Assembly (NCBI GenBank): GCA_037446075.1
Contig: JBBIJH010000003.1
Location: 1 to 50,656 of the forward strand
Direction of reading: 5' to 3'
DNA from: Ignavibacteriales bacterium
Lineage (GTDB): Bacteria; Bacteroidota; Ignavibacteria; UBA10030; JAHEZR01
DNA length: 50,656 nt
The notes below the pieces were generated by a model. That model did no database searches and was not told where the DNA came from. It saw only the letters and a list, made by a program, of their open reading frames with translations. This document shows positions 11,186 through 19,813 of the stretch, piece by piece (the first letter of the stretch is position 1; the number at the start of each line of letters is the position of its first letter). A program made the translations under genes and the position numbers.

Positions 11186-12385
11186 ATGAAGATCGATCTT
11201 CGATCCGGAAACATCAAGATCTTCCTTGTCGTTCTAGCCTGTCTCCTCGCTATTGGCACTCTCTGGTATACGCAAAAGGTAGTCCGAAGATTGCAGGCGA
11301 AGGAGAGAGAGGTGGCGCATCTTTACGCGAAGTCCTTAGAGTACATTGTGAAAGAAGGAGCCGCCCCGGGTGAGTACGGGTTTGTCTTCAATGAGCTGAT
11401 TCGCGCCATCGACTTCCCGGTGATCCTCACCGACGTACAGAACAACCCTCTCTCAGAGTATAGCAAGAACATCCGCAACATCCCCCTCGACACCACGCAG
11501 TCGAAGGATGAGCAGGCACGATATCTTCGAAGGCTGATTGCTAAGATGGATGCGAAGTATCCCCCCATCAAAGTCACGTATCAGGATACGATCGTTCTAA
11601 ACTACCTCCACTATGACGAGTCTCATCTCATTACTGAACTTCGCTACCTGCCCTACATCCAGATTGGCGTGGCGGCTTTGTTCATCCTCATGGGGTACAT
11701 CGGCTTTAGCTATATCCGACGTAGCGAGCAGAGCAGCATCTGGGTCGGACTTGCAAAAGAAACTGCGCATCAACTCGGCACCCCCCTCTCCAGCATGATG
11801 GGCTGGGCGGAATTGATGAAGATGCATGGAAGGAGCGATCCAAGGATCCAGACCACCGTCGCGGAAATGGAACAAGACCTGGAGCGGCTGAATAAGATCG
11901 CCGCCCGGTTTTCGAAGATCGGGTCAAAACCTGACTTACATGAAGAGAATCTCAATGATGTCGTCCTCGACGTCCTCCGATATTTTGAGAAAAGGATACC
12001 GCAGACGGGCAAGCGGATTTCTCTCTGCTTCGATGCCGCGAAGGCCTATACGGCAAGAATCAATCGACAACTCTTTGAATGGGTGCTAGAAAATCTTGTA
12101 AAGAACGCACTCGATGCAATTGAGGAAAACGAAGGGAAAATCTCTTTCACAATCTCTGAACGGGGGGATTTTCTCCTCCTTGATGTGGCCGATACGGGAA
12201 AAGGTATCGAGCCAAGAAATCGGAAAAATGTTTTCCGGCCAGGCTATAGTACGAAGCAGCGGGGGTGGGGCCTGGGGCTAAGTCTGTCAAAACGAATCAT
12301 TGAGGATTACCATCACGGAAAACTGGTGTTGAAAGAGAGCGCCCCTCGGAAAGGAACAACGTTCAGGATCAAGCTCGCAAAGTGA
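11186..12385 (+). CDS. Membrane sensor histidine kinase (orphan, no adjacent response regulator)
   Basis: 399 aa with two TM segments flanking a ~130-aa extracytoplasmic region. H-box ETAHQLGTPLSS; HATPase_c G-boxes (DTGKGIE, GWGLGLS). Confidence 0.85.
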   Translation: MKIDLRSGNIKIFLVVLACLLAIGTLWYTQKVVRRLQAKEREVAHLYAKSLEYIVKEGAAPGEYGFVFNELIRAIDFPVILTDVQNNPLSEYSKNIRNIPLDTTQSKDEQARYLRRLIAKMDAKYPPIKVTYQDTIVLNYLHYDESHLITELRYLPYIQIGVAALFILMGYIGFSYIRRSEQSSIWVGLAKETAHQLGTPLSSMMGWAELMKMHGRSDPRIQTTVAEMEQDLERLNKIAARFSKIGSKPDLHEENLNDVVLDVLRYFEKRIPQTGKRISLCFDAAKAYTARINRQLFEWVLENLVKNALDAIEENEGKISFTISERGDFLLLDVADTGKGIEPRNRKNVFRPGYSTKQRGWGLGLSLSKRIIEDYHHGKLVLKESAPRKGTTFRIKLAK

Positions 12386-12587
12386 GCGAACTGTTTCATG
12401 CGTCCTCTGTGATTCTGGCTCTCAGGCCCTAGGCGAGAGACCCGTCCATGATGCTTGATTTCCTTGAGGCCAATAACTTCGCAGGTTTCCTCTGGAGGAG
12501 CCCTGAGGGCAAAACTTGTGAGGCTTTGTGGAAGCGAGCATGCCGCAGAGAAGGAGTCTGATTTTTTCCTATGCAACTTGATCAGAA

Positions 12588-13442
12588 ATGAACATCCTGG
12601 TTACAGGAGGGAGCGGTCTCGTAGGCAAATACGTTGTTGACCACCTCGCACGAGTGCACAAAGTGAGTATCCTTGACATCAAGGAACCTTCATCTCCTCA
12701 CGCCTTTTATTGGGTTGATATTCTCAACTTGCCAGCTCTGACGAAAGCACTAAGCCACCGTTTCGATGCCATCGTTCATATGGCGGCGATTCCCAACCCT
12801 CTGAATGATCCTCCGGAGAAGATTTTCACTGTCAATGCTCTCGGTACCTTCAACGTGCTGGAGGCAGCATCAAGGTGTGGGGTGAAAAGGCTTGTGTTTG
12901 TCTCAAGCGAATCGGTTCTTGGTTTTGCGTTTGCGAAAAGACCGGCTGCTCCCGAGTACATCCCGATTGATGAGGAGCATCCTACCCGTCCTCACGATCC
13001 GTACGGCCTGAGCAAACTGGTAGGCGAAACGATCTGCCAGTCGTATTCAATGAGGTCAAGCCTGCAAACTGTTTGCCTCCGGCCTCCTTGGATTTGGGTG
13101 CCGGAAGAGAAAGAAGTCGAGATGTATCGTGACCTTGTCCGGAACTATGCTCAGGGAGCCCGAAACCTCTGGGCTTATGTACATGTGGAAGACCTGGCCG
13201 CCGCGACCCTCGCTTCGATCGAAACGGAAGCCCTTGAGCCGTACGAGGTTTTCTTCATCACCGCAGAGGATAATTGGGCAGGGAGGGATTCGAGGGGTCT
13301 TCTACAGGAGTTCTATCCGACAGTTGAGAAGATTGCCGAGGGTTTCGGCGGACAACAATCCCTCGTCAGCAGCGCTCGTGCAAAAGCGAAGCTCCATTAT
13401 GCACCAAAGCACTCCTGGAGAGAGATCGTACACGAGCAGTGA
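12588..13442 (+). CDS. NAD-dependent epimerase/dehydratase family protein
   Basis: 284 aa with N-terminal Rossmann motif MNILVTGGSGLVGKY and the SDR catalytic YxxxK (PYGLSK). Confidence 0.85.
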   Translation: MNILVTGGSGLVGKYVVDHLARVHKVSILDIKEPSSPHAFYWVDILNLPALTKALSHRFDAIVHMAAIPNPLNDPPEKIFTVNALGTFNVLEAASRCGVKRLVFVSSESVLGFAFAKRPAAPEYIPIDEEHPTRPHDPYGLSKLVGETICQSYSMRSSLQTVCLRPPWIWVPEEKEVEMYRDLVRNYAQGARNLWAYVHVEDLAAATLASIETEALEPYEVFFITAEDNWAGRDSRGLLQEFYPTVEKIAEGFGGQQSLVSSARAKAKLHYAPKHSWREIVHEQ

Positions 13443-14384
13443 ATGAAACATGTCATCATCGACACGGATGCCGGTGTGGACGACGCGCTAGCAATCATTT
13501 TCGCGCTCAGGTCTCCAGAGCTTCGCGTCGAGGCAATTACAACGGTCGCTGGAAACGTGGAGGTCAAGAAGTGTACGAGAAACTGTCTCCTGATCCTTGA
13601 GCTCCTTTCTCCGAGGTACATTCCGATCGTCGCGCAGGGTGCGGAAAGGCCAGTGAGGAGGAAGCTCGTCACCGCGCCTGAAGTCCACGGAGAGGACGGA
13701 TTAGGCAACGTGACACCGACGTACCCCCCACCGCGGATGAAACCAACGAAAGAGAATGCGAGCGAAGTGATTCTAGAGTTGTTGAAGAAATTCCAGGGCA
13801 AACTGACCATCATCACCCTGGGTCCTCTGACAAACCTGGCGCACGTCCTGCAGCAGGAGGCAAACGCGTTAAGGCAAGCGAAGGAGATCATCGCAATGGG
13901 GGGAGCCTTTCGGGTTCCCGGGAATACAGGTCCGGTGGCAGAGTTCAATATGTTCGTCGATCCTGACGCCGCCCGGATGGTTCTCGATGCCAAGCTCCCA
14001 CTCACACTTATCCCTTTAGATGTAACGGAGCAGGTGGTATTAGAAAGAAGACAGACTCTCGCTTTTCAACAGAAGAGACATAGTAAGATCGGTGATTTCA
14101 TAGCCAAGTTTACGAGGCTGTACATGGAGTACCACAGGAGGACAGAGGGCTTCCACGGTGGATACCTCCATGATCCTCTCACGGTGGCAGTGGCGATCAA
14201 GCAGGGGTTAGCTCGCTACCGAAATCTTCACGTAGAGATTGAATGCGACAGCGAGTTAACACGAGGGATGACAGTGGCGGAAATGCGTCCCGGGCGAGAG
14301 AGTCGAAAAGCAAACGTAAGAGTTGCCATTGGAGTGCAAAGGTACAGATTTCTGCAGATGTTCGAATCTCGCGTCTGGAGTTGA
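13443..14384 (+). CDS. Nucleoside hydrolase (inosine/uridine-preferring family)
   Basis: 313 aa with N-terminal fingerprint VIIDTDAGVDDALAI. The start abuts the epimerase stop (TGAATG). Confidence 0.9.
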   Translation: MKHVIIDTDAGVDDALAIIFALRSPELRVEAITTVAGNVEVKKCTRNCLLILELLSPRYIPIVAQGAERPVRRKLVTAPEVHGEDGLGNVTPTYPPPRMKPTKENASEVILELLKKFQGKLTIITLGPLTNLAHVLQQEANALRQAKEIIAMGGAFRVPGNTGPVAEFNMFVDPDAARMVLDAKLPLTLIPLDVTEQVVLERRQTLAFQQKRHSKIGDFIAKFTRLYMEYHRRTEGFHGGYLHDPLTVAVAIKQGLARYRNLHVEIECDSELTRGMTVAEMRPGRESRKANVRVAIGVQRYRFLQMFESRVWS

Positions 14385-14424
14385 ATTCGGTTGAGACAGC
14401 TTCAACGGATAGGATGCTATTGCT

Positions 14425-16359
14425 ATGGCTTCCTCAAGAAAAAACTCTTCTGTAGCACTGGCAGCCCTCGTGGGGTTCTGCCTCACTCATGCGGCATTTG
14501 CACAAGAGGAGTTTGGGCGCGTTACTGCGGGTCCGGTCGCAGATACGTTGAGAAAACCGAATGAAACCATGCTCAGCTTCGAACGAAATCTCAGCACGTA
14601 TCTCTGGAATCTCGGCTTAAACTATCAAAGATCCTCTCCCACATGGAGTGTGGACCTGCGGCAGCTTTTTCGTTCTTCGCTCGTGCGAGTCAGCCAGAAA
14701 TTCATCAAAGATGAAGAGGCCGTAAGCTTCCTTGTCGGGAAAAAGTTGTCCGATCGTTTCGACTTTCAGCTTGACGGATCGTCCCTTGTGTTTTCCGACA
14801 ACCGGGCGATCGGGATCGATCGGGCCTCAAGCCATTCTACACTTGTGGGCTTGAGATATCTCGTCAATAACGTCGGCACCATTTCTCCGAGTATCGGGGT
14901 GAGGTTCGATAACCAGACAGGACAGCAGGACAAGGGGGTCAGTTATCGGTTCCTCACGCAGATTGGTGAGCTGGATATTTCAGGCTACAGGATGAATTTC
15001 CAAGGCAGGTTTAGTGGAGATCGAATCACACCACGGAAGGGCGAGAGTCACGCCGCCACACTGTCTGTGGAGAAGACGTTCGTCGAGCAAACGACCGACA
15101 CCTTGAGAGTCCAATTCTTCCGCAACCGGCGGGACTTCTATTTCCCTGCAGATTCGGTCGTTGCTGAGGAGTTTGGTGTCACGAACAACATCGAGCAGAG
15201 AATCGAGGAGATCATCGACGTGAGCAACGAGTTGAATTACGGGGCTGGGCGAAATCTCCTCTTCACTTTTTCCGGAAACCTCCGCCAGCGTGGAATCTCG
15301 AAGAACATCAACTACAAGACCGTGAGTTCTCTGACTGGCGGTCTTTTCGATACGGACATCTCCGAGTTTAGATTAGAGACTTTCATCCAGGGACGATACC
15401 GCTCCGAGCGCACAAGCGCACTCTTTCGGGTAATGTTCAGCGAGCGAGACGAGAACCACGAGGCGAAGAGTTTTCCCGGAGCCGACCGACTCCAGTTTGA
15501 GAGCCGAAAAAGAAACGAGGCCCGGAAGAACAACAGCTCTCGGCGAACCGCGCTTACAGGTAACGCACAGTTTGGGGTGACAAAGAGCAATGTGCTTTCG
15601 CTCAGTGCTTTTACGAGCCTCCTTCGGTATGACACGCCCAGTGCAGAGAATACGGACGACCGGGACGAGCTGCTTCTGGTCTTCTCACTCTCCGATCAGC
15701 AGTCTCTGGGGAAGAACCTCTCCTTCATCCTTTCCGCAGACGTTGTACTCAACCACACTGTTTATCTCTTCGCCAGCCGGAGTGCAAACAACAACTGGAA
15801 CCGGGTGTTCCGGCTGTCACCACGGATCGACACTCGTCTGGGCGCACGGTTCAAGACGGCGAATACGTTTGAAGTCCTTGCCAACTACACCGTTTATGAT
15901 TTTGAGGATCAAGTCTTCTCCGTTCGAAGCTTCTCGTTCCGACAGTTTTCCTTCATCGATTCCTCCACGTATCAGCTTTCTCGACGCGTTGCGTTTGATC
16001 TTGCCATTCGCCTGAAGCTCTACGAGCGCGGCCAGCTCCGCTGGAAGGAATTCAAGGAGCGACCGGAGAACTATTTTGAGGACAGGACTTTCTTCTGCCA
16101 GTTTCGTTATAGTCCAAGCGCAGGTGTTTCTGTTGCAGTCGGATTTCGCTATTTTAGTCTTACACGCTTTCGGTATCAGGCGCAGGATAGGGTTTTCGAG
16201 AATCGCCTCGTCAACTACGGGCCGACCTGCATGATCGAGTGGACGATGAAGCGAAACGCAAGGTTGCTTCTTTCTGGCTGGTACGAAACTCAGAAACAGA
16301 CGAGCATCCCGGCCAACTCTTTCTCGAACCTTGCAATGACGATGAACTTCGGTCTGTAG
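14425..16359 (+). CDS. Large hypothetical outer-membrane beta-barrel protein
   Basis: 644 aa with a signal peptide (ALAALVGFCLTHAAFAQE). Long runs of amphipathic beta-strand-like sequence rich in R/F/S/Y. No family recognised. Confidence 0.5.
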   Translation: MASSRKNSSVALAALVGFCLTHAAFAQEEFGRVTAGPVADTLRKPNETMLSFERNLSTYLWNLGLNYQRSSPTWSVDLRQLFRSSLVRVSQKFIKDEEAVSFLVGKKLSDRFDFQLDGSSLVFSDNRAIGIDRASSHSTLVGLRYLVNNVGTISPSIGVRFDNQTGQQDKGVSYRFLTQIGELDISGYRMNFQGRFSGDRITPRKGESHAATLSVEKTFVEQTTDTLRVQFFRNRRDFYFPADSVVAEEFGVTNNIEQRIEEIIDVSNELNYGAGRNLLFTFSGNLRQRGISKNINYKTVSSLTGGLFDTDISEFRLETFIQGRYRSERTSALFRVMFSERDENHEAKSFPGADRLQFESRKRNEARKNNSSRRTALTGNAQFGVTKSNVLSLSAFTSLLRYDTPSAENTDDRDELLLVFSLSDQQSLGKNLSFILSADVVLNHTVYLFASRSANNNWNRVFRLSPRIDTRLGARFKTANTFEVLANYTVYDFEDQVFSVRSFSFRQFSFIDSSTYQLSRRVAFDLAIRLKLYERGQLRWKEFKERPENYFEDRTFFCQFRYSPSAGVSVAVGFRYFSLTRFRYQAQDRVFENRLVNYGPTCMIEWTMKRNARLLLSGWYETQKQTSIPANSFSNLAMTMNFGL

Positions 16360-16400
16360 GAAGGAGGTCAAGATTGTCCACTGAAGTGAAAAGGTTTAAG

Positions 16401-16796
16401 ATGAGCATGAGCAGTAATCCGAAGCTCATTCATCGAGTAGAGAAATTCTTGCAGAAAGTAAACAGGAGTGCTCACCTGGACGAGATTCAGTTTCACAAAG
16501 TGCTTGTCTCCACGACCGAAGCAGTGAACAACGCGATCTTCCACGGAAGCGAATCCGACCCAAGGAAGAGAGTCTACATTAGATGTGAGCTCTCAAAGGA
16601 GAGACTGATCCTGACGGTGAAGGATAGCGGGAGAGGGTTTGATCCGAGAAAGCTCCGGAATCCCCTGAACAACGCGTATCTTCTGGAAGTAAGCGGGCGC
16701 GGAATTTTCCTCATGAAGACGCTGATGGATAGGGTGGAGTTCCAGTTCTCAAAGAAAGGGACGGAGGTGAGATTAACACTGCTGCTGATAAAGTAA
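16401..16796 (+). CDS. Anti-sigma regulatory factor, Ser/Thr kinase (RsbW/SpoIIAB-like, HATPase_c_2)
   Basis: 131 aa counted from the ATG at 16401. N-box-like EAVNNAIFHG and G-box VKDSGRGFDP. The track ORF begins further upstream, inside the preceding gene. Confidence 0.8.
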   Translation: MSMSSNPKLIHRVEKFLQKVNRSAHLDEIQFHKVLVSTTEAVNNAIFHGSESDPRKRVYIRCELSKERLILTVKDSGRGFDPRKLRNPLNNAYLLEVSGRGIFLMKTLMDRVEFQFSKKGTEVRLTLLLIK

Positions 16797-16810
16797 GGAG
16801 AAGAGAATTT

Positions 16811-17893
16811 CTACCTTTCGTACGAGAGTGTGAAGCGGACCCTATTGCTTGAATTGTCCTTCAAAGCCCCTGCGTATAAATACTCCTTCGTGATGTAGAC
16901 GACATCAACTCCGAAGCCTGAGTACTTTGCTCCGATTCCGGCAGTCCAAGTGTTGATAGCAGGAGTGAAATCCCTTCCCCGTCCAAGTCTGAAGTAGATC
17001 ATATCCTCATAGCCTACCTGAAGGCCCATCAGATACGAAATATGTCGTAGTTCGTCAGCAAACGACTGATCGGTCCATCCGTTGATGAGTGGGGAGAACC
17101 AGGAATAGGTTTTGTCAAGTCCATTGGCATCGTTCAGATATTTGACAAGGTCGAGAGCTATTATTGATGAGAGACTTTCAAGCGCCAGCCAGTCATAGGA
17201 AATTCCGACTCGCATATTTGTCGGAATTGCTTCGTCCTGGCCGTTGAAGAAACTATACTTTGGCCCGATCTCTTTGACCGTGAGACCGAGATTGAGCCCA
17301 TGCGAGTCAGCCGAAGTGCCGAAGATCGGTTGACAAGCGCGAGATCGAAGAAGGAATCCAAGATCGAGCGCGAACAATTGAGCGGAGACGTCAATGTCGG
17401 AAAGATAGCGTCCCTCCGTTTTCATTGAGATCCTTCCGAACTTCAGTGCCACTCCTCCGGCGATGTTCTGGGATAACTGTCGCGCAAACGCCCCAGTGAC
17501 GAGATACTCCGACTTGATGAACTTGTCACCGAATATATCGTCAGTGTCCAACTTGTGATATGCATAAGAGACACCCAGCGCTCCCACATCAGGGATGCTG
17601 TAAGCGCCGGAGAAGCTGTAGAAAGGCCTCTTGATGTTACCGAAAAACTCCGCGTCTGGCCAAGGAAAAGCAAGGCCGTCAGCAGTAAGCGAAGTCGATT
17701 TTAGAGACGCGAGGCCCGCTGGGTTGTAGTAGATTGCAGACGCGTCGATGCTAACCGCTGTAGACGCCCCTGCTAAGCCAAGTCCCCTCGCCCCGGGCGG
17801 CAAGGTCATGAGGACAAGGTTTGATGCTGGCATGAACTGCTGGGCAGGTACCGAGGAAAAGGAAAAGATCAAAACGATAATGCTCCTTCGCAT
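16811..17893 (-). CDS. PorV/PorQ-family-like outer-membrane beta-barrel (T9SS-associated)
   Basis: 360 aa with a signal peptide. The N-terminal motif GARGLGLAGASTAVSIDASAIYYNPAGLA matches my recollection of the PorV/PorQ signature. The C-terminus is barrel-like. Confidence 0.55.
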   Translation of the reverse strand: MRRSIIVLIFSFSSVPAQQFMPASNLVLMTLPPGARGLGLAGASTAVSIDASAIYYNPAGLASLKSTSLTADGLAFPWPDAEFFGNIKRPFYSFSGAYSIPDVGALGVSYAYHKLDTDDIFGDKFIKSEYLVTGAFARQLSQNIAGGVALKFGRISMKTEGRYLSDIDVSAQLFALDLGFLLRSRACQPIFGTSADSHGLNLGLTVKEIGPKYSFFNGQDEAIPTNMRVGISYDWLALESLSSIIALDLVKYLNDANGLDKTYSWFSPLINGWTDQSFADELRHISYLMGLQVGYEDMIYFRLGRGRDFTPAINTWTAGIGAKYSGFGVDVVYITKEYLYAGALKDNSSNRVRFTLSYER

Positions 17894-17962
17894 AGCTTGC
17901 TAGTTCCCTACGGCGGAAAATGAATTGCGCGCAGGAGAGTAGATTCATCCATGGGAATCCTA

Positions 17963-18406
17963 TTACCTAATTGGCCACGATCCTCCAGTGGCGATTAAAG
18001 TCAGTGCATACGCCACGGCTGCTATGAGAACAAACGGAGCTGCGGCGTGAAGAACACGGTTTACGACCGTTTGGAGGCTCCGTTGTTCACAATGCCGTAT
18101 CCAGTCGCGGGCACACTTAGTCGTATCTGTCGAAAGCACGGGACTATCGACTTTGCTGATGAAGCCAAGGATAAACATCGCCACAGATCGAGTCGAGTCC
18201 TCCAGCGTGTCTGCGGGCAACTGCAGGGGTTGGGAGGCACTTTCACTGAGCATCTCAGAGTACTTGCCTACAATTAAGGTGTGTGTCAATATGTTAGGTG
18301 TTTCAGCGGCCTGAAGATACGTACGCGCCGTCGTGTCGGCAGGTATCAACTGAGAATAAAGACCCGACGCGACCAACAAAAGAGAGCGGAGCTGTAGCCA
18401 AGTCAA
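17963..18406 (-). CDS. Small hypothetical membrane protein, diverged paralog of 19321..19779 (possibly decaying)
   Basis: 147 aa with only a TTG start; no ATG lies between it and the upstream stop. The N- and C-termini are hydrophobic. Shares ADT(T)AR...QA...TLIxG and VDSxxL..DT(S/T)(R/K) patches with the 152-aa protein. Confidence 0.35.
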   Translation of the reverse strand: MTWLQLRSLLLVASGLYSQLIPADTTARTYLQAAETPNILTHTLIVGKYSEMLSESASQPLQLPADTLEDSTRSVAMFILGFISKVDSPVLSTDTTKCARDWIRHCEQRSLQTVVNRVLHAAAPFVLIAAVAYALTLIATGGSWPIR

Positions 18407-18457
18407 AAAGGCGATGCATTTCAGAACCCATACCCTTGAGCAGATTGTTCGCTTTCC

Positions 18458-19239
18458 TCAATCCCCGACATTCGGCTCTTGAACCCAGGTTATCGATTTG
18501 GAGATGATGTAGAATGGGTGTTCACTAGTATTTCCGAACCCGTGCTCTGAATAATCTTCCTCGAAGGCCCACCAAGAATAATGGCGCGCGGGAGAGACAG
18601 TTGAGGGTGTTTTGGCAACTCCATTTGTCCAGAAATCACCGATTGCACCGATGTACGGGAGCCACTCCGGAGTACCGGCATTTGGACCCATGTGGTTGTA
18701 CCAGAAATAACTGTGCACAGTACAGGAAAAGCAGCTTGTAATTTCCCCAAGGTTTACAAGAATATCGTACGGGAAGTATAGATCAAGTCCGCTTGGCTCG
18801 TAGTCAACGTTGTCAGTATAAGCGTCCTGGGGGAGACCAACAAACTCGACTTCGAGATGATAAACTCTTTCGTACCGATTATACGAAGCGTGCGAATTAG
18901 CCGCTAGCCAGATGTGGGGGTCAGTATGATTGGCATCGTAACCCAGTTGGACACCAGAGTAGCTCGGAGAGTTACTGGTGGACCACCAAGTTTGGCTAGG
19001 GGTCCTAGTTTTTCCGCCGGAATGCAGATAAAAATTGACCGCAATTGGTACAAAATTACTGCCAGACGTGCCTTCGAGCTTGATAGCGACATGCTCCCAA
19101 TCTTCTTCACATCTGCCACAGATCTGTTAAACACGGCGATTACGTTTCCGTCAAGGAAAAAAACACAGCCCATTGCTGCCGCTCGCAGAGCCCAGGGGAC
19201 AGCGATGATGAAATCCATCACGACAACAGGATGAAACAA
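18458..19239 (-). pseudogene. 5'-truncated, frameshifted copy of the Vps62/DUF946-like gene (orphan C-terminal ~220 codons)
   Basis: On the reverse strand, 19126->18458 is an open frame of 222 codons with no ATG/GTG/TTG until 18718 and a TAA immediately upstream (19127-19129). It reads CEEDWEHVAIKLEGTSGSNFVPIAVNFYLHSGGKTRTP...IWLAANSHASYNRY...WVQEPNVGD. That is about 65-70% identical by eye to residues ~150-372 of the 19814..20932 ORF. Weak similarity continues in another frame up to ~19239. Confidence 0.7.
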
Positions 19240-19320
19240 GAGGTAGAAATGTGAAATACGATCACTCTTTTCGTCGGAACTGCCCGGAGATCTACAATCA
19301 GACTGATAACCTGCAATCTT

Positions 19321-19779
19321 TCATTTTCCCGTAGCCGCGGCGGAATGGTATAGGTACCACAAGAAAAAAACGACTACCGCGGCTACAAAGAGGATCGGCC
19401 GTATCCCGTCCCTAGGGATCTTCGCTTGAGTTCTTGATGAATCGGGGACAGTACGAGAGGTATCCACGCAAAGCAAATTCGTGCTGTCGACGCCCACCCT
19501 CAAAACGCGCTCCTTGGATATGCTATCTTGACACACCTCGGGCTCAGCTTCGAAAATGCTCGCATTCATTCCCCCAATGTCTCTGATAATCTCTCCATCA
19601 GGCTGCTCGTGTGCCTCATCCTGCCCCCTTATGAGCACTGTAGCAACAGTGACGGCTTGCACTACTCTAGCTGTATCTGCCAGTTGCTCAGGATTTGCAG
19701 GTGCGACAATCAGCGCCAAACATCCCAGAAAACCAACTACACTCGCGAACAAAACTCCCTCAATAGCCGATTTAATCAT
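19321..19779 (-). CDS. Small hypothetical two-TM membrane protein
   Basis: 152 aa with an ATG start 34 nt downstream of the Vps62-like stop. N-terminal TM (GVLFASVVGFLGCLALIV) and C-terminal TM (ILFVAAVVVFFLWYLY). No family recognised. Confidence 0.5.
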   Translation of the reverse strand: MIKSAIEGVLFASVVGFLGCLALIVAPANPEQLADTARVVQAVTVATVLIRGQDEAHEQPDGEIIRDIGGMNASIFEAEPEVCQDSISKERVLRVGVDSTNLLCVDTSRTVPDSSRTQAKIPRDGIRPILFVAAVVVFFLWYLYHSAAATGK

Positions 19780-19813
19780 CTGATCACGGGAAACACGTGC
19801 AACTCGCGCTCGA

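Noticed and set aside
12386-12587. A 200-bp spacer between the histidine kinase and the epimerase, inspected for tRNA, riboswitch or small-RNA signatures.
   Set aside because: I could recognise no T-loop (GGTTCGAAT-type) or D-loop motifs, no strong hairpin plus U-tract, and no known riboswitch core.
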